From the NCBI GenBank assembly GCA_020137815.1, contig CM035353.1, positions 5,270,001-5,334,000 of the forward strand: a stretch of 64,000 bases of DNA, given 5' to 3'. The DNA comes from Hormiphora californensis. Lineage: Eukaryota > Animalia > Ctenophora. Position 1 is the stretch's first letter. The number at the start of each line of letters is the position of its first letter. Below the pieces are notes generated by a model that worked only from the letters and a program-made list of their open reading frames with translations, was not told the origin of the DNA and did no database searches. Of this stretch, positions 27,782 to 40,096 are shown one piece after another. The position numbers were made by a program, and so were the translations under genes.

Positions 27782-28387
27782 GGGAGACGGACGCTAGGTC
27801 TAACGCCTAAGTCTAATCGGACTCTAAATATAATACTTAGAGTCCGCTTTTTGCTCAAAATACAGGGATGATGACAGGTGGACTCTATGTCTAACAAGTC
27901 TAAAATAGGGGGACTCTATGTCTACTAAGTCTAAAACAAGGGGACGCTAAGTCTAAAAAATATCGGTAGCTAAGTCTAAAATCGTAGATTGCGAGCGATC
28001 GTTTCCGGCCGTTAGGCCGGAAACGAGAGCTCGCTGTGCTCCCTAACCGGTCCAGAATGGTTAGGGTTGTTGTTTGGGGTCTAGGTTAGGGTTAGGGTAT
28101 TGTTAGGGTTAGGTTTAGGGTTAACCCTAAACCTAACCCTAACAATACCCAATTGGGATTAGGTTTTAGACCTAGAGTCCGGGGACTCCTTGTCTAACAC
28201 CTGAGTATGGGAGACTCTATGTCTACCAAGTCTAACACAGGAGGACTCTATGTCTAAAAAAATTGTGCTAAGTCTAAAAAATCCGGACTCTATGTCTAAA
28301 GTCTAAAATTAGACTTAGAGTCCGTTTTAGACTAAGAGTCCGCCTTTTTTTAGACTTGGAGTCCGTTAGACTTAGAGTCCGCGACCC
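27782..28387. mobile_element. Non-autonomous Mutator-like element with internal TTAGGG-like repeats
   Basis: Perfect 9-bp TSD TTTCCAGAT (27773-27781 and 28388-28396), GGG...CCC termini, and GGACTCTA.GTCTA subterminal repeats in both orientations. Confidence 0.8.
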
Positions 28388-29174
28388 TTTCCAGATACCA
28401 AAGATTGTTTTGTCACGGAGAAGGAGAAAAATCATGATGGTTTGCGGTAGATGTTATGGGGAAAACGTTAAAATCTGGGTGCCTTTCATTGCTAACAATT
28501 CGTAGTTTTGGCGCGCGCGACGGGTTAGGGCTATCCGTTAGGGTCTGGTTAGGGTTTGGTTTGGGGTTATCGGTTAGGGCTATCGATTCTCTAACTGATA
28601 CCGTTTAGTTTACTCAAATCGGCCATGTGGTTCCATGGCTATAGCCGTTTGAAAAAAGTCGGTCTAAGTATACTCTTTTGGTAGTGCGCACCTGTAAACA
28701 GGCTGCAAGGCACCCAGATTATAATCGCGCCCATGTTATGGCGTTCTGGTACAGAACTCAAGAAGTATGCATATCTTGGAGAAGTATGCATCCATATCTT
28801 CTTTGGAGTAGTGAAATCTGTCCGAATCATACGTCATGAGGTCGCACCGCCTTTAAAATGGCCCCAAAATGACAAAAAATCCCTGGCCTAAAATGGCTCT
28901 AACCGCCGAACCACTCAACCGTTTTGGCTAATTCAAAGTTTATCTGGTAGGAAATCTCAAGGGCTAACCCCAACCCAAACCCCAACCCCAACCCTAACCC
29001 TACTTTCGCCCTAACCCTAAAAACCGTTTGTCAGCACTCACGAAACACCCGCCAGAATCTCTCAGGTTCATTTTTTTTCTTTCTAAAAGGGGGTTAAAAT
29101 GGGATTAGATAACAATATCAATATGAAAATACCGGTCTCCCATGGGGGAGAAGATTAATAAATTACTGCATTGA

Positions 29175-30450
29175 TTAAAATTGATTAAATTTGGTAGAAT
29201 TAAAAGTGTTATATAATAAGTTAATGTCATTGAGTTCGCTCTTATACTGCCTCGTTTTAGTGAACTTATTGCCTCTATGCCCTCTCAAGCTAATGACAGT
29301 TGTTCTGAGCAGGGTGAAAGACAACCGCTGCCTAATGTAACGGATGGTGTCAGAGTAAGCCTGGTGTGTTTTGTCAGCAAGCAGCTTGGCAAGGCGCCTG
29401 TAGAATTTTTCTGCCTCGTTGCCCAGGGCACCAGTTACTGAAAACACGAGTGGGCAAAAACAACTCTGTTCAACCTCAAGGACACGTTCGTTATAGCAGC
29501 GTTTTTTCTCGTCCTCGTGTCGTTTCACAGCTGTATCAAGAGGAATGGCACTGTTTGTGGGAGCCAATGGATTGAAGATGCGCACATCTGTGTAAATTTT
29601 GTCCATGGGAAGCCAAAAATCCCTGGCAGCAACATCAAGGCGAGCATCATTTGCAGTGTTTGCTGATTTTAGCCGGAAGGTTTCGCCAGTGATTGGGAGA
29701 AGATGGGGTTCTCTTGAAACATCACGGCATCCCGCCTCTTTCAGCAGGTTTGCAGTAAGGTCCCGGATCTCATTATGCCGCAGCTGCACGTAACCACCAA
29801 GATGACAAGAGAGGCTGTGTTCAGTGGTGTTAGGTTTTCCACACGGACAGTTTGGTGGTCTACCCTCAAGTTCCAAGCAGTAGCGGAGGGACATGGAGTC
29901 CCAGAACTCCTGTTTGTTCAGATTGAACCTATGTTCCTTGAGGGGGAGGGATGTTACCCATATGGAAGACCCTCGCCGTGTTCTCTCTTGGTGAAAACGC
30001 TGTTCGCTGGGTGGTAGTGCCTCTCTCACAAGTTGTTCAGCCTTGGTCTGATTCAGCCGTTTGGTGGTCAACATCTCGGACTTCGCAGACACCAGATCCC
30101 GCTTCAGCAAATGCAAACTCTCTGGATCAAATTGTGTTTTCTGTCCGTTAATGATTTTGGAGAGTGGTGCAGTAGCTGCAGCAGAACTGGTGTATTCGAA
30201 ATCCGCGATCTCGACGGGATTAAAGATTCCAAGGCCCCCGTGGCGGGCAGGGAGTGACAAGAGCTTCCGATTGTTCGGTGTCAGTTGGTTGCTGATTGTT
30301 TTTGGGATGAAAGTGGATGATATGATGTCTTCCAGTGGCTGGAAGAGACCAGAGATGTCCTTGGTAGTTCTCATAATAAACAACCACCGTTTGGAGAGTC
30401 CCATGATGTAAGCAGAGAATGATGGATGGGGCTCAGATGTTGAAAAATCC
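29175..30450 (-). mobile_element. 5'-truncated non-LTR retrotransposon with restriction-like endonuclease (CRE-like clade)
   Basis: 409-aa ORF with LP.RHGGLG (post-RT), a CPCG..H..SC zinc knuckle, RHNEIRD, RLDV...D(V)R.F (PD-(D/E)xK-type core), HE.EKKR.Y and F.PLVFS.TG.LG. The RT core is absent. Confidence 0.85.
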
Positions 30451-30569
30451 GATTCATTTTAAAGATTTGAGTTTGGAGCTGTATTTAAAAAACAAAGGCG
30501 ATACAGCGCTGCATTATCCAGAGGCGCGTTTCAACCGTGCGCGCGCGTCACTGCACTGAGCTGCCTCGA

Positions 30570-30865
30570 TAGGGATCCCTAAAAAAGTTCAGTATTTACA
30601 CAGAGTTTACACAGTCTTTACACAGTCATTACACCCAGAGCGGCGCGTGCTGCGTTTTGCGGCTTTTTCTAAGAAAATATTGGATTGTGTGCTGCACAAT
30701 TGAGTAAATTGAGCGCTGCGGCGAAAAAAGTTTCCGAAAACGCTGCAAATCGAGTGCGAAAGACGCAGTCTTTACACCCAGAGCGGCGCGGGCGCTCTGG
30801 GTGTAATGACTGTGTAAAGACTGTGTAAACTCTGTGTAAATACTGAACTTTTTTAGGGATCCCTA
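30570..30865. mobile_element. MITE with TTTACACAG subrepeats
   Basis: TAGGGATCCCTAAAAAAGTTCAG...CTGAACTTTTTTAGGGATCCCTA, with ~70-bp TIRs. Confidence 0.75.
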
Positions 30866-31293
30866 TGACTTTTTAAAGTCATTTTTAAAATTTTATTTTC
30901 CACCTGTTCCACCCTTGATTCAGCAAAATTGCTTCTGGGATATATCGGATTCTTGATGAGCTGCTTATAATAAAGGGTACACTGAAAAGCAAATACTAAG
31001 ATCTTTGTAATACATTCAAAATGAATTTTTCGTCTCATTAAGAACCCAAGATATCGCTTATTTTGTGCAAAAGCCAGGGTCTAAAAAATGCCCCCGACTT
31101 TCTAAAGTCTGAACCAACTTTACAGTTTACTCGAGCTAATATATCACGCCAATATTATAGTTTGTAAAATTGTTTTTTAAAGTTTCCACGGTGTTTGATA
31201 CATTTAAAATTTCTTCAGAATATGTTCCGAGGAGTTAGCACCATCCACGGTATTTGATACATTTAAAATTTCTTCAGAATATGTTCCAAGGAG

Positions 31294-34200
31294 TTAGCAC
31301 CATCCACAAGTTACTTTGCAGTTCTTGGCCATGTATTTGTAGAACCTAAATAAGAAAATACGTGTAAAAAATCAATGTAAAATCAGCTTGGTACCTCTAT
31401 AGCAAACAAATATGAAAAAACAAACAAAGTTTGACTCACTTGCTATTCTCCTTGCAGTGTGACTTATATGTGTTACAACGTTTAACTAGATCAGTACAAT
31501 CAACAACTTTTTCTTCTTCCTTCTTTTCTTCTTCTTTTTCTTCTTCCTTTCCTTCGTCACCTGGACACCACCCGCAGGTTTTTCTGCATTTACTTCTCAT
31601 CCATTCGTAGTGTCTATATGAGGGAAGATTTAGTGAACACAATCAATTAGGAATTCCTTTTTTAACAGATATTTTTCTAACTCCGACATCTAAAATTAGG
31701 TTATTAACTTACTTGTAACTTGTTTCGCAGTTTCCTTCTGATTTGTAAAGTTCACAATTCTCGGCCTTTTCCCTGTCTACGCATTCTACTTCAAATTCCT
31801 TTCTCTCTCTTTCTTCCTTCTCCTTCCTCTCTTTTTCCTCCATTTCCTTTCTCTTTTTTTCGTTCTTTTCTTCCCAGTTTTCTTCACAGAACCCACACGT
31901 TTCTTTGCAGTTGTCCATCATCCACTGGAATCTCCTAGTTGGATTGGGGGTGTTAGTGGGGGTAATATAAAGCGGGTGGGTGTCATTAAAAAGGGGGTGG
32001 GTGTCATTATAAAGGGGGTGGGTTAGGGTGTGACAAACGCCCCGACCTTCTTCGATTGCTCCAAATAATTTTTTGGGTGTGAGGTTTGACTTGAAATGAA
32101 ATAATATGAAGTTTGAAGTCAATCGGATGTAATTAAGGGGTCGCCGATAATTAATTATGATTTTACCTGTTGCGCGAGTGAAATTCGCCGTTTAAGTGAC
32201 TTCCGGGAAGTTTTGGCGTTCCTCTCGAACACCATCTGATCCGGAATGGCCATGTTTATATACGACTTATGAAGCAACATATGGTCTAAAATGCTCAGTT
32301 TTGGAGCTAGGAGCGATTTTCTGTTTGATAACTTAGTCACGTGACATGTAGCTTACTGGGCATAAAATCGCCCGTAGCGCCAAAACTAAGCATTTTAGGC
32401 CATATGTTGCTTCATAAGTCGTATATAAACATGGCCATTCCGGAGCGGATCCTTTTGTCAAAAATCAATTTGGGCCACCCGATTAGCCACAATCAGCATC
32501 TTGGCCCACACGCGTGACGTCATAATTGAAATTCACTTATTCGCCCATAACTCCAAAACTAAGCATTTTAGACCATATGTTGCTTCATAAGTTGTATATA
32601 AACATGGCCATTCCGGATCGGATAGTATTCGAGAGGAACGCCAAAACTTCCCGGAAGTCACTTAAACGGTGAATTTCACTCGCGCAACAGGTAAAATCAT
32701 AATTAATTATCGGCGACCCCTTAATTACATCCGATTGACTTCAAACTTCATATTATTTCATTTCAAGTCGAACCTCACACACAAAAAAATATTTGGAGTG
32801 ATTGGATGAATTTGAAAAAATGATGGGGCGTTTGTCACACCCTAGGGTGGGTGTCATTAAAAGAGGGTGGGTGTCATTAGAAAGCGGGTGGGTGTCATTA
32901 TAAAGCGGGTGGGTGTCATTATAAAGCGGGTGGGTGTCATTATTAAGCGGATGGGTGTCATTATAAAGGGGGTGGGTGTCATTAGAAAGGGGTGGGTGTC
33001 ATTATAAATCGGGTGGGTGTCATTATAAAGGGGATGGGTGTCATTAAAAAGGGGATTGGTGTCATTAAAAAGGCGGTGGGTGTCAATAAAAAGGGGGTGA
33101 GGTGCCACCAAAATATTTTTTATCTGAAATCAGATCATTGAAAACTTACTTGCTTCCTTTCTGGCAATCCTTTCTTTTGTACATTTGACAATATGTCCAT
33201 TTGTATGCTTCTCTATCTTTGCATTCCCCATCTTTCTCTTCCTGCTTGCATCCACCACACGTTTCTTTGCAGTTCTTATCCATCCAATTCTTTACACTGA
33301 AGAAGACACGGTCAGTTAGCATAAAGAAACATATCTCTCCCTTCCTCCCTCGCTATCTCTATCTTCCCCTCTCTCTGTCCCATCTCTCTGTCACATCTCT
33401 CTATATTTATTTCTCTCAGAAAACTTACTGAGTGTCAGTGGATTTACAGTATTTCTCCCCGTGAACATCGTGAATGTAGTTACATTTGTGGTACTTATCC
33501 TCACACACACCCTCTTTCTCTTCATCATCATCCTCACACCATTTACAGAATTTCCTGCAGTTCAGCCACAGCCATTTGTGCATGGGTTTCCTGTGATAAT
33601 ATATTGTTAAACCATCAGTAATCGTGAGTACAGTATATTGTATACTAGAGAGCCCTTTTAGGCTTGTCAGCGCAGCAATTGCAACGTTATTGCGACTATG
33701 TACATGGTACACATTATGCAATGAAAAAAAGAAATGTTACACTTACTTCGGATTTCGATCGACCCCTTGGCAAAATAAGTAGTTTTCACAACGATCAGAT
33801 TTGTCGGTACATGTAGGAGCCACACTTCCATCGCCCTCTTCTGTTTCTGTTTGTTCTTCGTCAAAAGTGGGTGGTTTACAGTCACTCCTGGAAATGTTTA
33901 TTGTTTAGCACAGTGTACAACAGTGTATAGCAATGTATAGCAGTGTATAGCAGTGTATAGCAGTGTATAGCAGTGTATAGCAGTGTATAGCAGTGTATAT
34001 CAGTGTATAGCAATGTATAGCAGTGTATAGCAGTGTATAGCAGTGTATAGCAGTGTATATCAGTGTATATCAGTGTATAGCAATGTATAGCAGTGTATAG
34101 CAGTGTATATCAGTGTATAGCAATGTATAGCAGTGTATAGCAGTGTATAGCAGTGTATAGCAGTGTACAGCAGTGTATAGCAGTGTATAGCAGTGTATAG

Positions 34201-35440
34201 CAGTGTATAGCAGTGTATAGCAGTGTATAGCAGTGTATAGCAATGTATAGCAGTGTCGAGATTGTTATCAGAAAGAAACAAGATTGCGAAACACCCTTAC
34301 CCTGATTTGCAGGTCATACTGGTCCTGTGGGTATAAGATGCGATTCCACAGTTGTTGGGGTCCGACCTACTCATTAGCATGTAGCCATCTTGCCCCCAGT
34401 CAGTTCCCCACGAGTTTTGGATCTGAGAGGAGGGGAAAAATAGTAACTTGATGTGTTAGACATGTGTTAAACTGGACGATATGTATTGTAACGGCTATTC
34501 ATTTTCAAGTTTGTAATTTACTTACCCGCCAGTACGGTGTGTTTCCCTTCTTTCCGTATCCCACGAGCATCACAGGGTGACCTCCACCAGCCCAACTACA
34601 CTTGGGCATATCGGAGAAGATCCCCTCTTTGTAGGCGTAGAAAGACTGGGGAGTTTTGACAACTGCTGACAGGGGTCCCTGGGCTAGAGCATTCAGTACG
34701 TTACTATCACCTTTCACCTCCTTGAGGCCATTCATCTTAGCTTTTGTGAAGGCGTTGGGGTACATGCTCGACACGTATTGACAGTTAACACCTCCCACAG
34801 ATCCTTTATACGGCAATTCTGTCGCTGAGGTAAGATGATTTGTCATCCGGAGCCATTTAGATGCATGGATCATGGTCCCTCTCCTACACCCGTATGTGGT
34901 TTTTGCCAGGGCACATTCGAGAATCTCCTGGTCGGAAAATGACACAAACTCTCCAGTTGTCATGAAATACTGTGCCTCAAGTTCAGCGGTGGATGCGGTG
35001 GCCCAGGCAGATCGGCACTTTTTGTCATTTTGATCCTTAACAGGACCAACAGCACCACGAGTCGCCCAGTTGACAAATGCAGGGGGTTCAGACGAGGTCA
35101 GAAACGGCTCCTGATCAGGTTCCTGGAGTTCCCAAGGTACTGACTCTGTGAAGTTTTTGAAGTGTGCTCCGAACACTGATCTCTCATCCTCCGTCATGAT
35201 TGAAAACTTGTTGATTTCGGCTTTGTAAGGGCACCCGGGATCACCGTTGATTTCATCGACTGTGTTTTTATAGTCTTTAAAAGCGAGAAAATGGGCCTTT
35301 AGGGAAGAGGGGTTCGAAGATTTTAGGGTCCCTCCATCATTTGAGAAGCGGTTAACAGCAGCGTAGTACTCATCTACAATAGATTGAGGTTCGGAGAGGA
35401 CATTCGCTAGAAGTAGAGAGAGTAGTACAAGGCTCCTCAT
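31294..35440 (-). CDS. Secreted papain-family (C1A) protein with propeptide, catalytic Cys replaced by Ala, plus five C-terminal ShKT domains; exons 34526-35440, 34301-34422, 33747-33887, 33429-33590, 33150-33296, 31713-31934, 31440-31613, 31294-31345
   Basis: Signal peptide [16 protein letters not shown]; propeptide INKFSIMT; mature domain [14 protein letters not shown]...[43 protein letters not shown] and NNCGIA; then five 6-Cys repeats ending C.K/E.TC..C. All exons are phase-consistent. Confidence 0.92.
31965..33100. repeat. 21-bp minisatellite (GGGTGGGTGTCATTATAAAGC), split by the hAT insertion
   Basis: Units occur at 31965-32023 and 32845-33100. Confidence 0.9.
32024..32844. mobile_element. 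Non-autonomous hAT element with long internal inverted arms, inserted in an intronic minisatellite
   Basis: TAGGGTGTGACAAACGCCCC...GGGGCGTTTGTCACACCCTA, with a perfect 8-bp TSD GGGTGGGT. Confidence 0.88.
33910..34256. repeat. (CAGTGTATAG)n 10-bp tandem repeat, intronic
   Basis: Direct reading. Confidence 0.95.
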
Positions 35441-35529
35441 GATATGTCGTAACAGCGTAGCAAGGTTGGGTAGCGTAGCAAGGTTGGGTAGGTGTTGCAC
35501 GTGCGGTAATAGGGCGATTGGGAGCTTTC

Positions 35530-35538
35530 CTTTTATAC
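35530..35538 (-). promoter_or_regulatory. Candidate TATA box of the papain-ShKT gene
   Basis: GTATAAAAG on the minus strand, ~90 nt upstream of the ATG at 35440. Confidence 0.5.
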
Positions 35539-35599
35539 CACTGGCGACTCCCCTGGTGACTATCTGAGTTGCACGTGCAAACTGGTGAGGTCACTAGGT

Positions 35600-36480
35600 T
35601 ACCTGGCAGACCTCCAAGAAGACCTGGAACCCCTCCCAGCAGATCTGGCACCCCTCCCAGCAGACCTGGCACCCCTCCCAGCAGACCTGGCACCCCTCCC
35701 AGCAGACCTGGCACCCCTCCCAGTGCAGCAGACCTGGTACCCCTCCCAGCAGACCTGGCACCCCTCCCAGCAGACCTGGCACCCCTCCCAGCAGACCTGG
35801 CACCCCTCCCAGCAGACCTGGCACCCCTCCCAGCAGACCTGGCACCCCTCCTAGCAGACGTGGAACCCCTCCCAGCAGACCTGGCACCCCTCCCAGCAGA
35901 CCTGGCACCCCTCCCAGCAGATCTGGCACCCCTCCCAGCAGACCTGGAACCCCTCCCAGCAGACCTGGCACCCCTCCCAGCAGACCTGGCACCCCTCCCA
36001 GCAGACCTGGCACTCCTCCCAGCAGACCTGGCACCCCTCCCAGTGCAGCAGACCTGGTACCCCTCCCAGCAGACCTGGCACCCCTCCCAGCAGACCTGGC
36101 ACCCCTCCCAGCAGACCTGGCACCCCTCCCAGCAGACCTGGCACCCCTCCCAGCAGACCTGGCACCCCTCCTAGCAGACGTGGAACCCCTCCCAGCAGAC
36201 CTGGCACCCCTCCCAGCAGACCTGGCACCCCTCCCAGCAGATCTGGCACCCCTCCCAGCAGACCTGGAACCCCTCCCAGCAGACCTGGCACCCCTCCCAG
36301 CAGACCTGGCACCCCTCCCAGCAGACCTGGCACCCCTCCCAGCAGACCTGGAACCCCTCCCAGCAGACCTGGCACCCCTCCCAGCAGACCTGGCACCCCT
36401 CCTAGCAGACGTGGAACCCCTCCCAGCAGACCTGGCACCCCTCCCAGCAGACCTGGCACCCCTACCAGCAGACCTAGCAC
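35600..36480. repeat. 21-bp minisatellite (CCCCTCCCAGCAGACCTGGCA), ~40 units with recurring variants
   Basis: Direct reading; explains the LAPLPAD/GVPGLLG ORFs. Confidence 0.95.
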
Positions 36481-36628
36481 CCCCAAACCCTTTCTCGCCA
36501 GCATCCCGGACCGGGATTCCCGGTAAATCGGAATCCGACTAGACTTTATTCAAAATTCTCGTTATTTATAAGCGGACATTTAGACAGGATAACACCCATT
36601 TCCAAGTGACAATTAATTAATCATTACG

Positions 36629-37465
36629 TCATACATAATATTTTAACTCCCCACAATCTCTCGCATTGTCGCTAATGGAGGTTATTGTAACAGATGATAT
36701 ACTACTCAAGTCACTTGACAATGGATTGCTAGACAACCCACTCTGGTCTTCAGATATCCCCCGATTTAATATTTCCTGTCCTCCTGTTAACCGATTGAGT
36801 TCATTCAACTCAAATTTGAGTTCTCTCTCAACTTGATTCAGCTGCTCCAGCTCGGAGGTTAATGTTACATTCTGATCATTGTACAGGAGTTGCTCGGTGA
36901 AGATACTCTCGCTCATACAGGCCTCCTCCTGATAGTCTGACAACAGGGAGGGGGTACTGTAAAACAATCTATCGATCGGCCTAGCACTGTCCCCTATATC
37001 AACACCATCAGATATTGCACCAAACACACTTCTCGTTACGTCAATCCCTGCTGCTCCACTTTGATCCCCACCCTCAACATCGGAGAAGAAGGGACGGTCA
37101 TCATGGTGTGATGTACTACTGGTGTGATCATCATCATGATGTTGTTGATGGTGTGATGTACTACTGGTGTGATCATCATCATGTTGTTGTTGATGGTGTG
37201 AAGTACTACTAGAAGAGGTGGGAGAGGATTTAACATCATCTGATATATCTGAATCGGCAGTAGTAGGAGATGGGTGGTGATCTTTGGTGACAGGTCGAGA
37301 GGTGGGGTGTTCAATTAGGTTTAGTCCCAGGTTCCTTCTCCTTCGGTTCTCTAGCACCACGTGGTAGACAGAATCTAGAAAAGATTTTAGTGTCGAATTG
37401 TTAATCATACTATTATTAAAGCAAATAGGGAAATCCTGTGTGACGTTTTTTACCTTATATGGCAT
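36629..37465 (-). CDS. Unassigned 278-aa ORF (Ser/His/Asp-rich with a short coiled coil), possibly a 3' exon or a separate orphan gene
   Basis: Long open frame, mostly non-repetitive. No recognisable domain, and no splice link to upstream exons was resolved. Confidence 0.3.
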   Translation of the reverse strand: MPYKVKNVTQDFPICFNNSMINNSTLKSFLDSVYHVVLENRRRRNLGLNLIEHPTSRPVTKDHHPSPTTADSDISDDVKSSPTSSSSTSHHQQQHDDDHTSSTSHHQQHHDDDHTSSTSHHDDRPFFSDVEGGDQSGAAGIDVTRSVFGAISDGVDIGDSARPIDRLFYSTPSLLSDYQEEACMSESIFTEQLLYNDQNVTLTSELEQLNQVERELKFELNELNRLTGGQEILNRGISEDQSGLSSNPLSSDLSSISSVTITSISDNARDCGELKYYV

Positions 37466-38241
37466 TTAGCACGTGCAGGTTTAGAGGTGGACTGTGGAAT
37501 ACTACTGGAGTGGGGCCAGGAATCGGAGCCGTTGCCAATGGCATGGTTGCTACTATACTGCACGTGCACGTGCATTTGATCTTGCTTTGTTCCAGCTAAT
37601 ATGCTCTCTTCAACAACTATTGATATACGACAGCGACAATTGGAGTTATTCACGCAAGATCTCACCGCCATTCTCTACTTTTCCATACACTGAGGGGTTT
37701 AAATGCAGCAACACCAAAAGAAGTGCAGAGAGAACGAACAAGACGTTAGAGGTTGAACAGAACCGATGATCAATCTCAGTAAGTTCTTTTATAACTTTGA
37801 TCGCCGGATCATCATCTGACGTTCTGAAACCAGAAACTCGCAGCGATCCCGCCTGAGCTCCTTCTACGGTACCGTTACTTAAGATGGGATAGTGCATGTC
37901 ATTAGTTAGACTGATGATGTCAGTGTTCCCTAATCCAGCTACCAATACCATTTCCCCGAAATTCGCCCGTAGGGCGAACGGGTTTACTAGTACTAACAAT
38001 ACATCAAATTACTATTCTAAATTACATTGTAGTTGATCCTAACTTGATTCCTATTACCCATTAGCTGCAGTTGGACCTCGATTTACCGGGATACCCTTGG
38101 GAAATGGCTTGCCCGTTAAATTGGGGTACGTGGTTTATCGGGGTACGACTGTACTTACCTTTATCATCATGTCGCTCACTATCCCCTGCTCCAGCTGCTA
38201 CCATTTGGAGTATGGGCGCCCAGTTGCTCGCTCCTTCAAAG

Positions 38242-40042
38242 TTACTTGGTGCCACCGCCCGAGAAGACCGCCCTAACTTGTGGTGGTGATCCATTCTGCC
38301 CCGTCCTGAATTTGTCTAGTTCTTGGTTGGTCTTTTCATTTAGTTCTTGGTTGGTCGCTGGTACTGCCCTGTACAAATATCGTTTTGTTCAATAACTTAC
38401 CGTTATAAATTGTTCACGGAAAATGATAATGAGTTACCTTTTTCGTATTAACTCCCATCGTTGACTCCTGTACATGTTTACAGCAGCCTGTTCCGCCATT
38501 GTATCTGTTTCAACCTTGACTTCCTCGTTCCCCCTGAAAGGTTGTGTGTATAATTTCCTGTACATTTTCGGAAGAAACGCATAATTATGTGGTAAACAAA
38601 ATGTACAATGTACAATGTACGTACAGAATTACATTATGCTCACATGTCGTGTTTGAAGCGTTTAAGTGCTCTTGTAAGTTCAAACAACTTTAATTCCCCT
38701 GACTCCCTTGGTGTCGCGGTCACCGCTACTGCACTGGCAGCACCAACTGACTCCTGAGCTTCTCTCCTCCTCCTCCTTGAAACATGGCGCTCCTCATCTT
38801 GCTGCCTCTTCGCGATAACAACAACATCTGAGTTGTGACTCCCTAACGATGCATGTTGTTCATTTTGTTTCATGCTGGCAGACTGTAATTCCGATTTAGG
38901 AGCCGCCCTTTGAGGCAAGTATTCCGATTTAGGAGCCGCCCTTTGAGGCAAGTATTCCGATTTAGGAGCCGCCCTTTGAGGCAAGTATTCCGATTTAGGA
39001 GCCGCCCTTTGAGGCAAGTATTCCGATTTAGGAGCCGCCCTTTGAGGCAAGTATTCCGATTTAGGAGCCACCCTTTGAGGCGAGTATTCCGATTTGAGAG
39101 CCACCCTTTGAGTCAAGTCTGGTTTCTGTAAGGCTACTCTACAGGTATCTTGTGGTGTATTATGATGTGTATCACTTGAGTTACTTGGAGAACTGCTGTC
39201 CTGCTGTTGTAGTGGAAGGTGCTTTGCAACCTCTTGGTCAGATCTAAAGAATAGTAAGGATTATTACTGGAAGCGTAGTGGTTGTGAGTTTTCACTAATC
39301 ATCTGTCTGGTACCCTCATACCCACATGTACATGTTTCTGGGTGTGGTGAGATAGGGTCGAGCAAGTACCTGTTGTTGTAAGGGGTGTAGTATCAAGATA
39401 GGGTCAAGCAAGTACCTGTTGTTGTGAGGGGTGTGGTAAGACAAGTACCTGTTGTTGTGTGGGGTGTGGTGAGACAAGTACCTGTTATTGTGTGGGGTGT
39501 GGTGAGACAAGTACCTGTTGTTGTGAGGGGTGTGGTGAGACAAGTACCTGTTGTTGTAAGGGGTGTAGTATCAAGATAGGGTCGAGCAAGTATAGTACCT
39601 GTTGTGAGGGGTGCTGGGGATGCTGTCTCGCCATGGGATGATTCTTCTAAACACTTGATGATACCAACAGTAGTGTATTATCACCACCACTATAGTGAAA
39701 AACGTCATGCTCACGATTATAACCGCACACGTCTGAGGGATTATTAGTTGCAAAGTAGTACTAATTACTACATAGTATAATAACAGATCACTAATTACTA
39801 CATAGTATAACATATCACTAATTACTACATAGTATAATAGATCATTATAATTACTGCGTGTATAACAATTGAAGTTAAAAAGCAACGTACCACACTATCC
39901 ATGATTGGCTGCAGGGAAGTATAATAGTTGAACTGAGCTGGAGTAAGAAAGCATACAAAGTAGTCACTCAATGAGAGGCAGATAGTGTGTGTTATAGACC
40001 TGCACTCTACAGCTGTCGTTTCGATGAGTGAGAGTGATGGGA

Positions 40043-40096
<54 letters not shown>

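Noticed and set aside
28050-28160. TTAGGG repeats as a telomere or chromosome-fusion scar
   Set aside because: They are short, degenerate and enclosed within a TSD-flanked Mutator-like element.
35370-36542. LAPLPAD / GVPGLLG 'elastin- or collagen-like' ORFs
   Set aside because: A 21-bp minisatellite open in several frames on both strands, with no splice or start context.
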